A stretch of 63,005 nt of DNA, counting the filler, from Reticulomyxa filosa (lineage: Eukaryota; Protista; Foraminifera), in the NCBI GenBank assembly GCA_000512085.1. It is 19 parts of 19 records of this genome, joined end to end, with 100 filler letters (N's around TTAATTAATTAA, not from the genome) between each part and the next. Parts side by side here need not be neighbours in the genome. Positions count along the whole stretch, not along the records: positions 35,414 to 37,805 come from ASPP01023657.1; positions 37,906 to 38,957 come from ASPP01013271.1; positions 39,058 to 40,457 come from ASPP01026617.1; positions 40,558 to 41,570 come from ASPP01026756.1; positions 41,671 to 45,624 come from ASPP01014549.1; positions 45,725 to 58,621 come from ASPP01013001.1; 13 more parts are not named here. One strand, given 5' to 3'. The notes under the pieces were generated by a model, which searched no databases, was not told the origin of the DNA, and was given only the letters and a program-made list of their open reading frames with translations. Made by a program: the position numbers and the translations under genes. This document shows positions 36,107 through 48,396 of this stretch, one piece after another (the stretch's first letter is position 1; each line of letters starts with the position of its first letter).

Positions 36107-37737
36107 GGCGGCTGGCTTTGACGATATGTGGGTGGGCTCAAATGACATCGATGCCATCGAAGCTGCCATCCAGCGCGCCACTCAGACAAGTCCAGTTGAA
36201 CGCGGACTCAACGCTGCGCACAAGTCGCCGATGGTTGCCAGACGCCATTTTTTTTTCAAAAGCAAAGACTTTCAAACCAATCAAACACAAGAAGCTGAAC
36301 GAGAGTCAACCAATCAAAAAGCTTGTGATCAACTTGATTCCCAATTGCAAATCTCGGTCACAGTCCAAAAAGAAAAGCAGACCAAAAAAAAAGAAGAAGA
36401 AAAAGAAGAGCCCGTCGAAGCGCAAATCAACATTGATATCTCCAAACAGTATTTCTCCACGCCATCGGAACAACAAGACGGGAACATTCCGCGCAAGAAG
36501 TTCCGTCCAAGCGAGTTGCCAAAGAATAACATTCGAGTATTTGTAGGAGACACAGTTTGGCATACTTTTTTTTTTTTCTGAATGTGTGTATGTATGTGTG
36601 TGTGTGTGTGTGTGTATAGTGTTTTTTATTTTTTATTTTTTTTTGAAAATGTTAAAAAAAAAAAAAAAAAAGGTTCGATTAAAATCGAAACGAAAAGCAA
36701 TTGTCACTTGCATTGGTCCTAAGCCCAGTCGGGCAGGCGTTTGGGTTCGTGTTCTAATCGAAAACAAAACAAAGAAAAACAAGTCCGATATGTCTCAACA
36801 GCCTTTTTGGGTTTCACTTGACCGCATTGACAGAGTTATTCAATGTTAGCAATTTTTTTTTTTTCCCACATATTATTACATTTATCAAACTTCATCATCA
36901 TCATGTCCCACACACACACACACACACATAGCTAAACTTAAAGTCGAATTCACTGTCGGCGATCGGGTGCTCGTTCCGCAATGCAGTTGTGCGGGGATCA
37001 TTCGCTACTTTGGACCTATCCAAGTGGACAAAGGCTTTTGGTATGGCATCGAGCTGGACAAGGCGAAAGGCAAGAACAATGGCACTTTGAAACATAAAGC
37101 CTATTTTCGATGCAATCGAAACCATGGCATATTTGTCAAACCCAAATTCGTGTGTTCGTAGTTTTTCGACTTCAAAAAAAAAAAAAAAAAAAAAAATTGT
37201 ATTTATTCTATCCTCCCCCTTTTTTTTTTTTTTTTAGTGTTGCTATTGTTGGACAAAGCAATCCATCTTAAACTAATTCAAATAACATGTACAGTGTCAG
37301 AAACGTTGATCCAACTCCCCTCAACGTTTTTCAACAAACTATCGTCCTCTTCCATTGGTGACGCCGCCGAAATAACGCAAGCTCTGCCATTGCAAGACAC
37401 GCACTATCCTTTGAAAGAAAAAAACCCATTTGCAGATATGCTCCCTTTGCTGGATGATCCCATATCCAATGTCGACGTCGCGACCAGGGATGGCAACGAC
37501 AAAAACGAAAAAAGCAGACATGACAGCAACGAGGGCGTAACCGACAAGGCCAATGATAACAAAATGAAAAACAAAAAAAACTCAATCTCACGATCAGACA
37601 AAATCTACACCGGACCATGTCGTGACTTGCACGAGTCCAATTTACCCACAATTATGAATGCCGAAAGAAATGACAAAGAGACAGTTTTTAAAGAAAAGTT
37701 GAAATTGGCTTCCATCATTTGCGATTTTCAAACTATG
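35452..37737 (+). CDS. CAP-Gly domain protein whose last visible exon enters a PP2A B56-like domain; partial at both ends
   Basis: Canonical CAP-Gly VGDRV...GIIRYFGP...GFWYGIELDKAKGKNNGT...YFRC...GIFVKP (36932-37155), with a degenerate copy at ~36530-36845. LPTIMNAERNDKETVFKEKLKLASIICDF (37642-37728) resembles the start of the B56 domain. Confidence 0.75.
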
Positions 37738-37905
37738 GTAGACATATATATATGTATATATATATATATGTACATATACTTTTTTTTTTTTTTTTTTTTT
37801 AATATNNNNNNNNNNNNNNNNNNNNNNNNNNNNNNNNNNNNNNNNNNNNTTAATTAATTAANNNNNNNNNNNNNNNNNNNNNNNNNNNNNNNNNNNNNNN
37901 NNNNN

Positions 37906-38340
37906 CAGGTCGATGGTGGCGATCAGCGAGCCGCCAGTGGCCAGCATCGGGTCGATGATCATGGCGATGCGCTCGTCCAGGTTGCCGACAAACTTCTCGA
38001 AGTAGGACACCGGTTCCAGCGTTTCTTCATTGCGGGCCAGGCCCACCACGCTGATCTTGGCCGACGGCACCAGGTCGAGCACGCCGTCCAGCATGCCGAT
38101 ACCGGCACGTAGGATGGGCACAACGGTCACTTTTTTGCCCTTGATCTGCTGCACGTCGATGGGGCCGCACCAGCCATCGATGGTGACGGTTTCCAGCTCG
38201 AAGTCGCGGGTGGCTTCGTAAGCCAGCAGACGCGCCAGCTCCTGGGTGAGCAGACGGAATTTCATGGTGCTGATGTCGCCTTCGCGCAGCAGGCCGAGTT
38301 TGTGCTGCACCAGCGGGTGATTGACAACGGTGATGTTCAT
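37906..38340 (-). CDS. upp: Uracil phosphoribosyltransferase (bacterial), 3'-truncated
   Basis: [19 protein letters not shown]...[11 protein letters not shown]...[10 protein letters not shown]...[13 protein letters not shown]-rich, no introns. Confidence 0.97.
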
Positions 38341-38548
38341 GACGGTCCAAACCTTGGCAAAAAGCGGCCGCGCCGGGGCAGGCCCGCGCAAACCGCTTTC
38401 TCGATACGGAAAACCGGCAGCCGCAGGCCGCCGGTTCGCTCAAATTGGTATGGGGCAATATTGTACCCGTAAACAGCCGTTTGTATCCACGCTCGCAGTG
38501 CAGGGTTCCCCTTTCGGGCAGTGTCGCGCGGCACGACGGGCCGGCGGG

Positions 38549-38575
38549 CAAAACAAACCCGCCGTGAAGGCGGTT
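38549..38575 (-). terminator. Probable rho-independent terminator downstream of grxD
   Basis: Minus strand CCGCC-TTCAC-GGCGG stem-loop followed by GTTTGTTTT, about 30 nt after the grxD stop. Confidence 0.55.
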
Positions 38576-38606
38576 GGGTATGACAGGCAGCAAGGTTGGC
38601 CGCAGC

Positions 38607-38924
38607 TTAAGCGGCAAACTCTTTCAGCAGTTCTTGCAGTTCGCCGGCTTGGTACATTTCGTACATGATGTCCGAACCACCAACGAACTCGCCCTTCACG
38701 TACAGCTGCGGAATGGTCGGCCAGTTGGCGAAGTCCTTGATGCCCTGACGCACTTCCGGATCGGCCAGCACGTCGACGGTAACGAACTTCTCGACGCCAC
38801 AGGCCTTGATGATCTGCACGGCGCGGGAGGAGAAGCCGCACTGCGGGAAGGTGGCGGAGCCTTTCATGTACAGCACGACCGGGTTTTCGGTCACGGTCTG
38901 GCGGATGGTGTCCTGAATCGACAT
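38607..38924 (-). CDS. grxD: Monothiol glutaredoxin Grx4 (bacterial)
   Basis: LYMKG...PQCGFS...[20 protein letters not shown], with an AAGGA Shine-Dalgarno-like motif just upstream of the ATG. Confidence 0.97.
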   Translation of the reverse strand: MSIQDTIRQTVTENPVVLYMKGSATFPQCGFSSRAVQIIKACGVEKFVTVDVLADPEVRQGIKDFANWPTIPQLYVKGEFVGGSDIMYEMYQAGELQELLKEFAA

Positions 38925-40811
38925 GATCTTCCTTTTTGCAATAAGGGCCGGGCGAGTNNNNNNNNNNNNNNNNNNNNNNNNNNNNNNNNNNNNNNNNNNN
39001 NTTAATTAATTAANNNNNNNNNNNNNNNNNNNNNNNNNNNNNNNNNNNNNNNNNNNNAAAAAAAAAAAAGAAAAACCCTTTTTTTCACTAAGACGTAAAT
39101 GCATAACATAAATGTTTATAAAAAGTCCAAAATTGCAATTTTTTTGGATACTTGACATTTTTGACAAAACAATTGGAAAAAAGAATTGCAAAAAATTTTT
39201 GATATCATTTCATTTGTGGTTCTTCAATTGTGATTCCAAAAACAAATTAACCACAGAAAATTGAAAATTAAAATTATTTTTTTTTGGAATACTTACTTTT
39301 TCTTGAATAATAATTTTTTTCGGAAGAGAAAAAGTTTTCTTGGACATTACGAATATTGTTTTGGTTCTTCTATCTTCAAACAACTTAACAATCTAAACGT
39401 CTATAACGTGGAGAATTCCTTCAGCACTGCATCCCTTTGCAAAACTGCAGCAGCTGCCGAAAAAAGAAAGAAGCTAGTCAGACACTCAAAATAACAACAC
39501 CATTTGAAAAAAAGGCGCTTTCATCGCTGCCCAAATAAATACGCTTGTCTATTGTGTCTCTCCTGACATTGGCAATATTCAGGTTGGCGCTGTATATTTA
39601 TCTTCACGGTCAATTGAGGATACCAATTTTGTTGTTTGTTTCGAAAGTGCATAAAAATGAAATTATTAATAAATAAATAAAAATTAAAAAATAAGATATT
39701 CGATCATATACTCTTCTTTTGTTCATCGATCGAAATTGATGGTTTATAATAATCAGTACGTAGAATGCAAAAACAGTGGGGGTCAATTGTTATAAAGAAG
39801 TTTCTCAATGTTGGTGTACGTATTAGCCATTTTTTTGTTAGCACTTTTTTACATCAAATTTTTTTTGTTAGGTCAAAGTACTTGGAATTAGGATGTTATT
39901 GTCGAAAAGAAGTTCCCAAACATTGGGATTTGCAAATTGAAAAACTATTATTTGGCTCTACTGTAAACGCATATCACTATAATTGGAACACACCTATTTG
40001 TTAGAATTTGAGCACCCAACCACTAAAAAGCAAATGAATTTTCACTGTCCAATGCCTGCAATATTTTACTCTCTCTTTGCAACATTGCAATTGGTCAAAC
40101 AAAACATAAGCTTAAATTGTGCCTGTTTGTGAGTATCACGTTTGTTTAATAGCATCAACTATGAAATATTTATTAGAAAAAAAATAAAAAGTTATTTATT
40201 GTGCCATTTTTTCCTGTAAACTACTGTAATTGAAATATAGTTTGATGCCTGCATTTGAATGTGACCTGATCATGATGCAGATTAATTCCATCACTACTTT
40301 CATCGTGCTTTTGATGCTTTTTTCCCTTTAAATGCAATATTCTGTCATCCTAAAAATGAATGATTTTATCATGTAGTGAACAACAAATGAATTGTGACTG
40401 TCATTGTCATCGTTGTTGGCCCTTCTTCATTCTTATCTGTTTCGTCATTTTCATTCGNNNNNNNNNNNNNNNNNNNNNNNNNNNNNNNNNNNNNNNNNNN
40501 NTTAATTAATTAANNNNNNNNNNNNNNNNNNNNNNNNNNNNNNNNNNNNNNNNNNNNAGTTGTGTGTTGTAAATAAGGGGAAATTATGTTATTGTTATTA
40601 TTGTTATTAGTTATTATGTTATTATATTATTGTTATTGTGTTATTGTGTTATTGTTATTATAATTATATTGCTAAGTTTTTTTTTTTTTTTTTATTATGT
40701 ATTAATGGCGGCGCAAGTGTAGTAATTTATAGTAAGTTAAGTTATATATACACTTTATATTGTTTGTTTTTTTTTAAAATATAACTATTTTCATTAGAAT
40801 AAGAGAAAAAA

Positions 40812-41502
40812 AAAGGATATTTGAAGGAATAGATCAATTTGCTTGGCCTTGATTGATGCTTTGCGGACAAGATCGTATACAGATTGCAGCTCCAGTTTTA
40901 GAGTTGCGTAAGTAAGTTCTTGTGTCCAATTTCTTTTCAAAAACAGATCAAAAAAAAAAAAAAAAAATGAGTCAAAAAAAAACTTAACAATAATAATACA
41001 AATAGTTCGAAGCCCTCGAATTGGTGGCAACGGAGGCGATAGCGGCTCCAGCAAAAACGAATCGACGATATCGACAACTACAGCAACAACAGTGACATCA
41101 ACATCAGCGTTAACGCCAACACCCACATCGACGACCACAACACGGCTGTCGGTATCATCTCCAATCGAGAAAAGCAAATCCACGGAACCTACCCTCGTTC
41201 CGGAAGAAAAAGAAATGACGGCCTCCGAGCTGCTGATGCACCGATTTGCGGACGCCGGGGTAAATGATTACCGCCTGTCTCCTGATGCCAAAATGCAAAA
41301 GATGGGCCTGGTCATGGGCGAATTGAGCGACGACATCGGCGAGGTTATGGACAAGTGGCTGTACAAATCCAAAGTCCGTGCCGATCGAAAGAAAAGCAAA
41401 GCATTAGTGTACCAAGTTCGACAACTGATCGGACACTTTGGAGTTGCTGCCAATCAACTCAAACAAACGGAAGAGTCCTATCAAAATGATATGAGATTCC
41501 AA
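40812..41502 (+). CDS. Hypothetical protein fragment (Thr/Ser-rich linker plus helical segment)
   Basis: Coding-like exons at ~40812-40873 and ~41005-41502 with AG/GT borders. Confidence 0.5.
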
Positions 41503-41677
41503 GTTTTGAATTTTTGACAACACAAATCCAATATATGTATATATTTATATACGTATACATATATGTATGTNNNNNNNNNNNNNNNNNNNNNNNNNNNNNN
41601 NNNNNNNNNNNNNNTTAATTAATTAANNNNNNNNNNNNNNNNNNNNNNNNNNNNNNNNNNNNNNNNNNNNAAATATA

Positions 41678-43695
41678 GGATCCGAATGCGAAAGTGGTAA
41701 CTCTTGGGACGATTTTGAGGCGTTGTTGAACAGTCTACAGGAAATTCGCAAAACGAAAAGTTTGATTAGTCAGACAACTCCCAAACGACTGCTTTCCAAT
41801 ATATCATCACCCACGACAGCAGGGGTTGGAAAGGCGGAGGATGGCCAACACAGTGGCAATGGCGTCAAAGAGACGGACAGCCATGGCAATGGTGACGGTG
41901 GCAATGAGGATGGTGATGAGGAGAGTGGCAGTGGCTCATCTGTTGAAAAAAGTTTGCAACACTGGCAACAGCTTGTGTCGGGCGGAAAGCTGCTTTGCAA
42001 AAAATACAACATTTGCAAAAGTATAAAGTTTTATGACACGCTAGGCAAAATTGGGAAGATACAACTCGTTCAGAGTGTAAACCAAATAAAAAAGTATTTG
42101 CAAATATTGGCTGTCACAAATAACCAATTACAACACTATGACGTACTCAAGTGGTTTGGAAGTCAAAAAAATACCAAAGAAAAGAAAAGAAATTTAAGTG
42201 GGATCAAAATTAACCCGAAAGATATCATTGACGCTTTACATAAATTAGCCTTAGATTTATCGTGGAATTTGCTATCTTCGATCCATAAAAAGGCTCATTC
42301 CATTACCGATGACGTGCAATGGAACGAACTGACAAACGATTTGTTAGACGTTCGGTCTCAATTGTTTCCTTTTGTTCCAAAGGAGCGAATTACAATGCAA
42401 TTCTTTCAAATTGTTTTAACTACGTGTCATTTTGAGTTTGTTAGGTATTTCATCTTTTTTTATTATTTTTATTATTATTTAAACTTTCACAGATTTTACT
42501 TGTTTTGTTTGGTCGAACGATCATTATTGCCACTGCCGAAAAAAGAAAATCGATGCAAAAAACACCGCCACCTTTATCAACAAACGATCTTATGAAATTG
42601 GTTTTGGTTCAAGCAAGAGAATTAATCGATTCTTCCCCAGGGTATGGGTTTTTAATTTTTATGCAAAGTTGTTGTTGTTTTTTCTCCCCCCTTTTTTTCT
42701 CTTCTCCCTCCCTCCTCCTTTCCAAATGAAATGGTGCAATGTTTGGAAATGTATGTACAAATAGCGCGAAGAGTGACACATTACGTGAGGCAAGAGACTG
42801 TTTGAAATTGGTAAAAGAACCAGATCGAAATGACAAATCAAAGAAAGAAGAATCGGATCAATATGACAAATCAAAGAAAGAAGAATCAGATCAATATGAC
42901 AAACTAAAAGAAGAAAATGATCTTATTAACTTCACAAACAATATTTATAACAAATTTAATTATGATTATGTTCCCGCCAATGTCCGAAAATTATTTTTTA
43001 CAGCCCCAATGATAGCACCCTCTTCTCGTTCACAACTGTTCACAACGGAACAATTAAACTTTTTTTCACAAGTCATTGCTTGTGAAAGTACCAATTATAA
43101 CTCCAGCAATGAATTGTTGGAAATAATCGATGCTGATCTGAAAAAGAGCCGAGATCAACACAAAATCCAAATTCTTGTACTGTTCATTGAAAATGCTTTA
43201 CGGTTAGCCGCAACAAAGAATGAACATTTGGACGCTACTCAAATCAAATATATAAAATTTGCCTATCAAACGTATGATGAAATCTTTAATAAATACCATA
43301 AAAATTGTGATCATAAGTTATGGAATGTCTCTTGGCAATTAATCCAAACTATCTCTAAATTTCCTTCTGCTTTGGATGCTGCCGAAGTCAAAAATTTAGT
43401 TTCGTAATTCTATTTGTGCATATTAACAAAACCAACACTATTTTTTATTATTGTTTTTACTTGAACAATACGACAGTGGATGCACGCTGTCACTACTGCT
43501 ACAAACGATAATATTGAACAAGTTCTCAAAATGTGGGAATCGCAAACACGAGCAAAGGAGAACAGCGTTGATAATAATAAAAATGAGATTTTGAAAAAAG
43601 AAGACATTGAATTAATTGATAAAGATACAGCAGCTTTAGTAAGATTATATTTTAACGATCCAAAACAAGTATTCTCCTTTTTTCAACAAGAGTAA
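41678..43695 (+). CDS. NBAS/Sec39 (Dsl1/NRZ tethering complex) C-terminal region, 5'-partial
   Basis: Ordered similarity to the Sec39 domain: WNELTNDLLDVRSQLF, LVLVQARELIDSS, LREARDCLKLV, KEENDLI, VPANVR, NYNSSNELLEI, ILVLFIENAL, WNVSWQL, HAVTTATNDNIEQVLKMW. Confidence 0.72.
42830..42903 (+). repeat. 33-bp in-frame tandem duplication (DKSKKEESDQY x2 plus a partial copy)
   Basis: ATGACAAATCAAAGAAAGAAGAATC(G/A)GATCAAT occurs twice with one mismatch. Confidence 0.9.
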
Positions 43696-44175
43696 TTCTT
43701 GTTTTGTCTTTTTCTCGTTTTGATAATGATCAAGCGTTTGACGTGTGTCATCACATTTGCAATGTTTGTGAGGGCAGTATGAAGTCTTTTATGAACATTA
43801 TTTCAAACCCAAAGCAATTCAATTAACTTAGAATAAATTTTTTGCTTTGTCTTTCGTCTATTTTTGTGTGTTACACGAACACTTTAATTCCAGACTATCG
43901 CGTACAGGTTGGTGATTTTTCCAATCGTCAAATTGTACAAGACAAAAAAAAAAAAAGAAAAACAAACAAAAAGCTAAAAATGGAGAAAAATGAAGAAATG
44001 TTTGATACTCTGTTTCCTCGCAACATACAAATTGAACGTACATCCAATTCAGATAAAACATGCATAAAACACATCCGACTTGAATGATCATTGTCACTTA
44101 TGAAGAGCACAGTCTTTTAATGTGACAAAAAAAAAAAAAGAGCAAGGTCAAAAAATCTTCAAAGTTTCTTTTCGG

Positions 44176-45436
44176 TTAATGATTTTCCAGACTGATGTCC
44201 GGTTTGTTGGTGGAGACACCTTGGTTATCGAGATTTTGATTCTGTTTTGCAATCTTTTCTCTTACCTTTTTAAAATAAGGATGCTGCATTGCTTCACGTG
44301 CAGTTAATCTTTCATTAGGATCAAATCGAAGCATTTTTTCCAACAAATCGATGGCATTTCTGGTAATGAACTTATTTTTTTCGGCATTATCACTCATGAA
44401 GTGCTTCCATTCTTTTTTTTCATAAAATGGAAACGAATTCACAAATGCGGGCACTGGAATACGGTATTTCTTCATAAATACATTAAATTCATTCGTTCCA
44501 AGGACTTCAATAGTTTTCTGCAGCTGTTCTTCCAGGTCTCCTCCGTGGAAAAAGTACTGCGTGTCAAATATCTTCATTTTAATTCACCAACAACAACAAA
44601 AAAAAAAAAAAAAAAGTGTGCACATATGTATAAAGAATAACGATCAAGAGATACAGTTAATAATGTTGGCATATTTTCTCTTAGTTTCATGATCACTCAT
44701 CTCCCCCTCCCTCCTCCTCGTTGTCTTCTCTTTCTAATAATACACACAAAAAACAAACTCAACAATTCCGGCAAACATGGCACCAAAAGCCCAAATATCA
44801 ATAGCGTAATGATACGTATCATAATTGACCAACAACTCTGGTGCTTTGTACGCCCTGGTGGCAACTCGTACCGTGTACTTGTGGCCAGGATAATAGAATG
44901 CGCCTAAACCCCAATCAATGATACGAACAGTTTTAGTGGAATCGTCTATCAAAATATTTTGTGGCTTCACATCCCGATGCATTATACCTATTTTTTTTTT
45001 TTTTTTTTATGTGGAAAAATTAGTTTCAAGTGTTGCAATCCTATAATCTATGGGAAAGATGGAATTGGGGAGAGGGGAAGGGAGGAAAAAATATTTTTTT
45101 TTTTTTTTTTTTTAAAAAAACCTTGAGAATGAGCATAATCTAGTCCTCTCAGCATTTCATATAAATAACATCTCAAATCTTTGTCATTAATCCCTTGTAA
45201 CAATGCTTTGAATTCTTTTGCTTTTAATATTTCAAATACCAAACAATACAAATCTGTTCTGGAATCTTTCAGACAGTGTTTTAAGTGGATGATATTCGGC
45301 CCTTTTCTTAGTTGTTGTAACACATACATTTCCAATTTTAGTAGTTTTGGCAAACACGGTTTTAGAATCTTCACGCATGCCACCTCGTTTGTTTTGATAT
45401 TTTTCCCTTCAAATACTTCACTGTATTTCCCGCGAC
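44176..45436 (-). CDS. Divergent casein kinase II alpha-like kinase, 5'-partial
   Basis: GRGKYSEVFEG, VKILKP, HSQGIMHRDVKPQNILID, IIDWGL (CK2-specific DWG), YFFHG, QLQKTIEVLGT, ERLTAREAMQHPYF. Confidence 0.9.
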
Positions 45437-45747
45437 CTTTTTGTTGTAGTTAGTGGGGTCATGTTATTTGTTAGTAAGTAGCGTTTTCGTTTGTTCCTTG
45501 CTTATATATGTATATGCATATATGTATGTACATGTATATGCCTGTGTATGTGCACATCAAAGCCAATCATTCGACCCTTCCCTTTCTCTTGTCAACACAC
45601 TTTTCCTCTTTTTTTTTTTTTTTTNNNNNNNNNNNNNNNNNNNNNNNNNNNNNNNNNNNNNNNNNNNNTTAATTAATTAANNNNNNNNNNNNNNNNNNNN
45701 NNNNNNNNNNNNNNNNNNNNNNNNAAAAAAAAAAAAAAAAAAAATAG

Positions 45748-48095
45748 CAATCGTCGATTGAGCGTGTACAACAAAGCAAGCACGATTACAGCAGATCCAC
45801 GACCAATCAAAGACAAAGCATTTATTAAGAACAGCACGAAAGTGGTATTGGACTATTTGATAGCCCACAACTACGACCGAACGCCAATATCGCATGCGTT
45901 GCTTGACCCGCCCACGTCGAAGTTGTTTGTGGCAGTGATTGAATTTTTGTTTCAGCAAATCGACCCAACATTTGTAATGAAGAAACTGGAAGAAGATATA
46001 CCACTGTATCTTGCTCGAGTGAGATATCCATTTCGCATTCCCAAAGGCACATTGGCGTCACCAGGGTCTCCACACGCGTGGCCCTCTTTGTTGGCCGCTT
46101 TGGTGTGGCTTGTCGAAATGTTGAAAGTTGCGTTTGAAACAAAATTGTAATTACATATATGTATATATATATATATATATACATATATGTAATTACAACC
46201 TTTGTGTAATCATAGTTGGCCGAAGCAGTTGATTTTGATCCGGCGAAAGAGAACGAAGATCCAAACAGTAACAAAGCAGTAAAAGACGAAGGAGCGGACA
46301 AAGACAAAGAGAAAGACGGAGAGTGGAAAATGTCGATCGACTCGGACAGAGCAATCCTGGAATGGTTTTCGAATTTGTACAGTTCGTGGCTGTCCGGAGA
46401 GGAGGACAGCGATAGCATTGACCGGATCATTCAGGGACGATTCCAGGCGAAGGAGGAGGAGTCACGAGCGAATATCCAAGCCTACGCCAAGGCCAATGAG
46501 CAACTGAAAGCCGAAATACAAAAACTAAACACCTTTTCAACCGTCACCGAATTGAACGCAAAGAAGATAGAATTGGAACGCGAACGCGTCAGCCATCGCG
46601 AGCATTTAGAAGCAATGCAAGTCTATAAAGCCAAACTTATTGAAAAACAAAGCTCCTGCTCTGCAGTTACCAAACTTTTATTTTTTTTTTTTTTTATATA
46701 TGTAATCTCATACCTGTTCGTGTAGTGATATTGAGAAACACTACGATTTTTTTTTTTTTTTTTGTGTTGTTAGATGCTCCAAGAGTTGCGTTCGAAATTA
46801 GACCGAGACAAGAAGAATTTGGAGGAACTGAAACATGTTCTTGCGAATCAATCCACCTCTCCTGAGGAACTTGAAAGAATGCGTCAAACTGAGGAAATGC
46901 TTCGGACTGCTACTGACAAAATAAGTTGGGTCGGCTTTTTCTTTTTTTTTTTTTTTTTTTTTGTTTTGTTGAACAAAAAAAAAAAAAAAAAAAAATGTAC
47001 GAATGTGCCATGTGTGGTATAATAGCGGGGAAGATTACAGACGTGAGAAAGGCCATTTATACCAAGGGCCATGAATTAAGGGATCTCTATGGAAAATTAA
47101 ACAAACGCGTTGAAGATTACAACGCAATGATACAAAGGGCTAACGGCCAATATGCGTCCAATTCCAAAATTAAAGTGAACTTTGATGCGGATACCAAAGG
47201 TATGCTAAGGAGACAGATATTCTTATTTTTGGATTTAAAAAAAAAAAAAAAACAATACAATACAATAAAACTCAATTTGCAGAGGAGGTCCTTCGAAACG
47301 ACAAAAAAGAACTGACAAACAATTTGAAGTTGGTGGCAGAGTGGAACGCTCGCGTTAAAACTTTAACTGAAGATAACATATCTGTAAATAATGAACAACT
47401 GCTTGCTATCAGGGCCGCACTTGAAGGCTTGGAGGAGCAAGTACAAAAAGAGAAACTCGATCAAAAACGTTGCAAAGAGCGCACGGAAAAGGAAGCGCAT
47501 GAACTGGAAAAACTTAAAAAAGTTTGTTGTCATATATTGTGTATTGCTTTATTTTATACAAATATAAATATATGTTTATACATATATACACATATATATT
47601 ATATATGTATCCAAATGACAAAAGTTAATGACAGAACTCGAAGACGTAAGCTGGAAAGAGGTTCTCAACATTGAATTCACCACTTTGGGCAATGATAATG
47701 CTAAGAGTGCTACAGATATCGAGGATCTCGAACGAAAGATTGCCGAACGCATCAGAGAGTTTTGTGTGACTACAGAGGAAAAAAGAGAAAAATGTGTGCT
47801 TTAAATAAACAAGTCATTATTTCCATCGCTCTTAGTTTATTGTCCATTTGCAAAGAGAAAACAAAACATACACTACAAAAGAAAAGAGAAGATCAAACAA
47901 GAATGTGAGAGGTATTCCGAGGAGGGAATGAAAATTGTTCTTGAAACAATCGAGGCTATCACTACCCATCAAAAATGTAAACGAGAACAGATATTGGAAA
48001 TAAAGCGTTTATCGTTGCAGCGCCGCCAAGAGACTTGCTGTTATGAGATAAAGGAACCAAATGATACTTTTTTGTTCACTATTAAAAAGTTTTGA
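45748..48095 (+). CDS. NDC80: Kinetochore protein NDC80/HEC1, multi-exon, 5'-partial
   Basis: DPRPIKDKAF...FLFQQIDP...RYPFRIPKGTLASPGSPHAWPSLLAALVWLVE (CH domain), followed by long coiled-coil exons. Stop at 48093-48095. Confidence 0.92.
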
Positions 48096-48396
48096 GATGA
48101 ACATGATCAAAGGTTTTTGTTATCGGTAATTTTGTTTTTCTTATTTAATATTATGTTTCTATTGACATTCTTATCTAACAGAAGTTCTTTCCCACAAGTC
48201 ATGCACTTGACATTTACGCATTTCAAAAACCAATCTCTTTTCATAAAAAAATAATTCAATAACAATCTATTTTACATTCGTCTAATTTGATTGTTAAATA
48301 ATTTAAACAAAATCTTGATTTATTTTAGATGAAAAAACGACGTAAAGCAAAGTAACTAAAAGGCAGAACGTGTTTGATGGAAAAACTCATCCAGCA

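Noticed and set aside
37906-38957. Horizontal transfer of upp-grxD into the host genome
   Set aside because: There is no host-like DNA on the same contig and no amelioration. Co-sequenced bacterial DNA is the simpler explanation.
39058-40457. Gene on the minus strand of contig 14
   Set aside because: Only short coding-like patches interrupted by stops; no supportable product.
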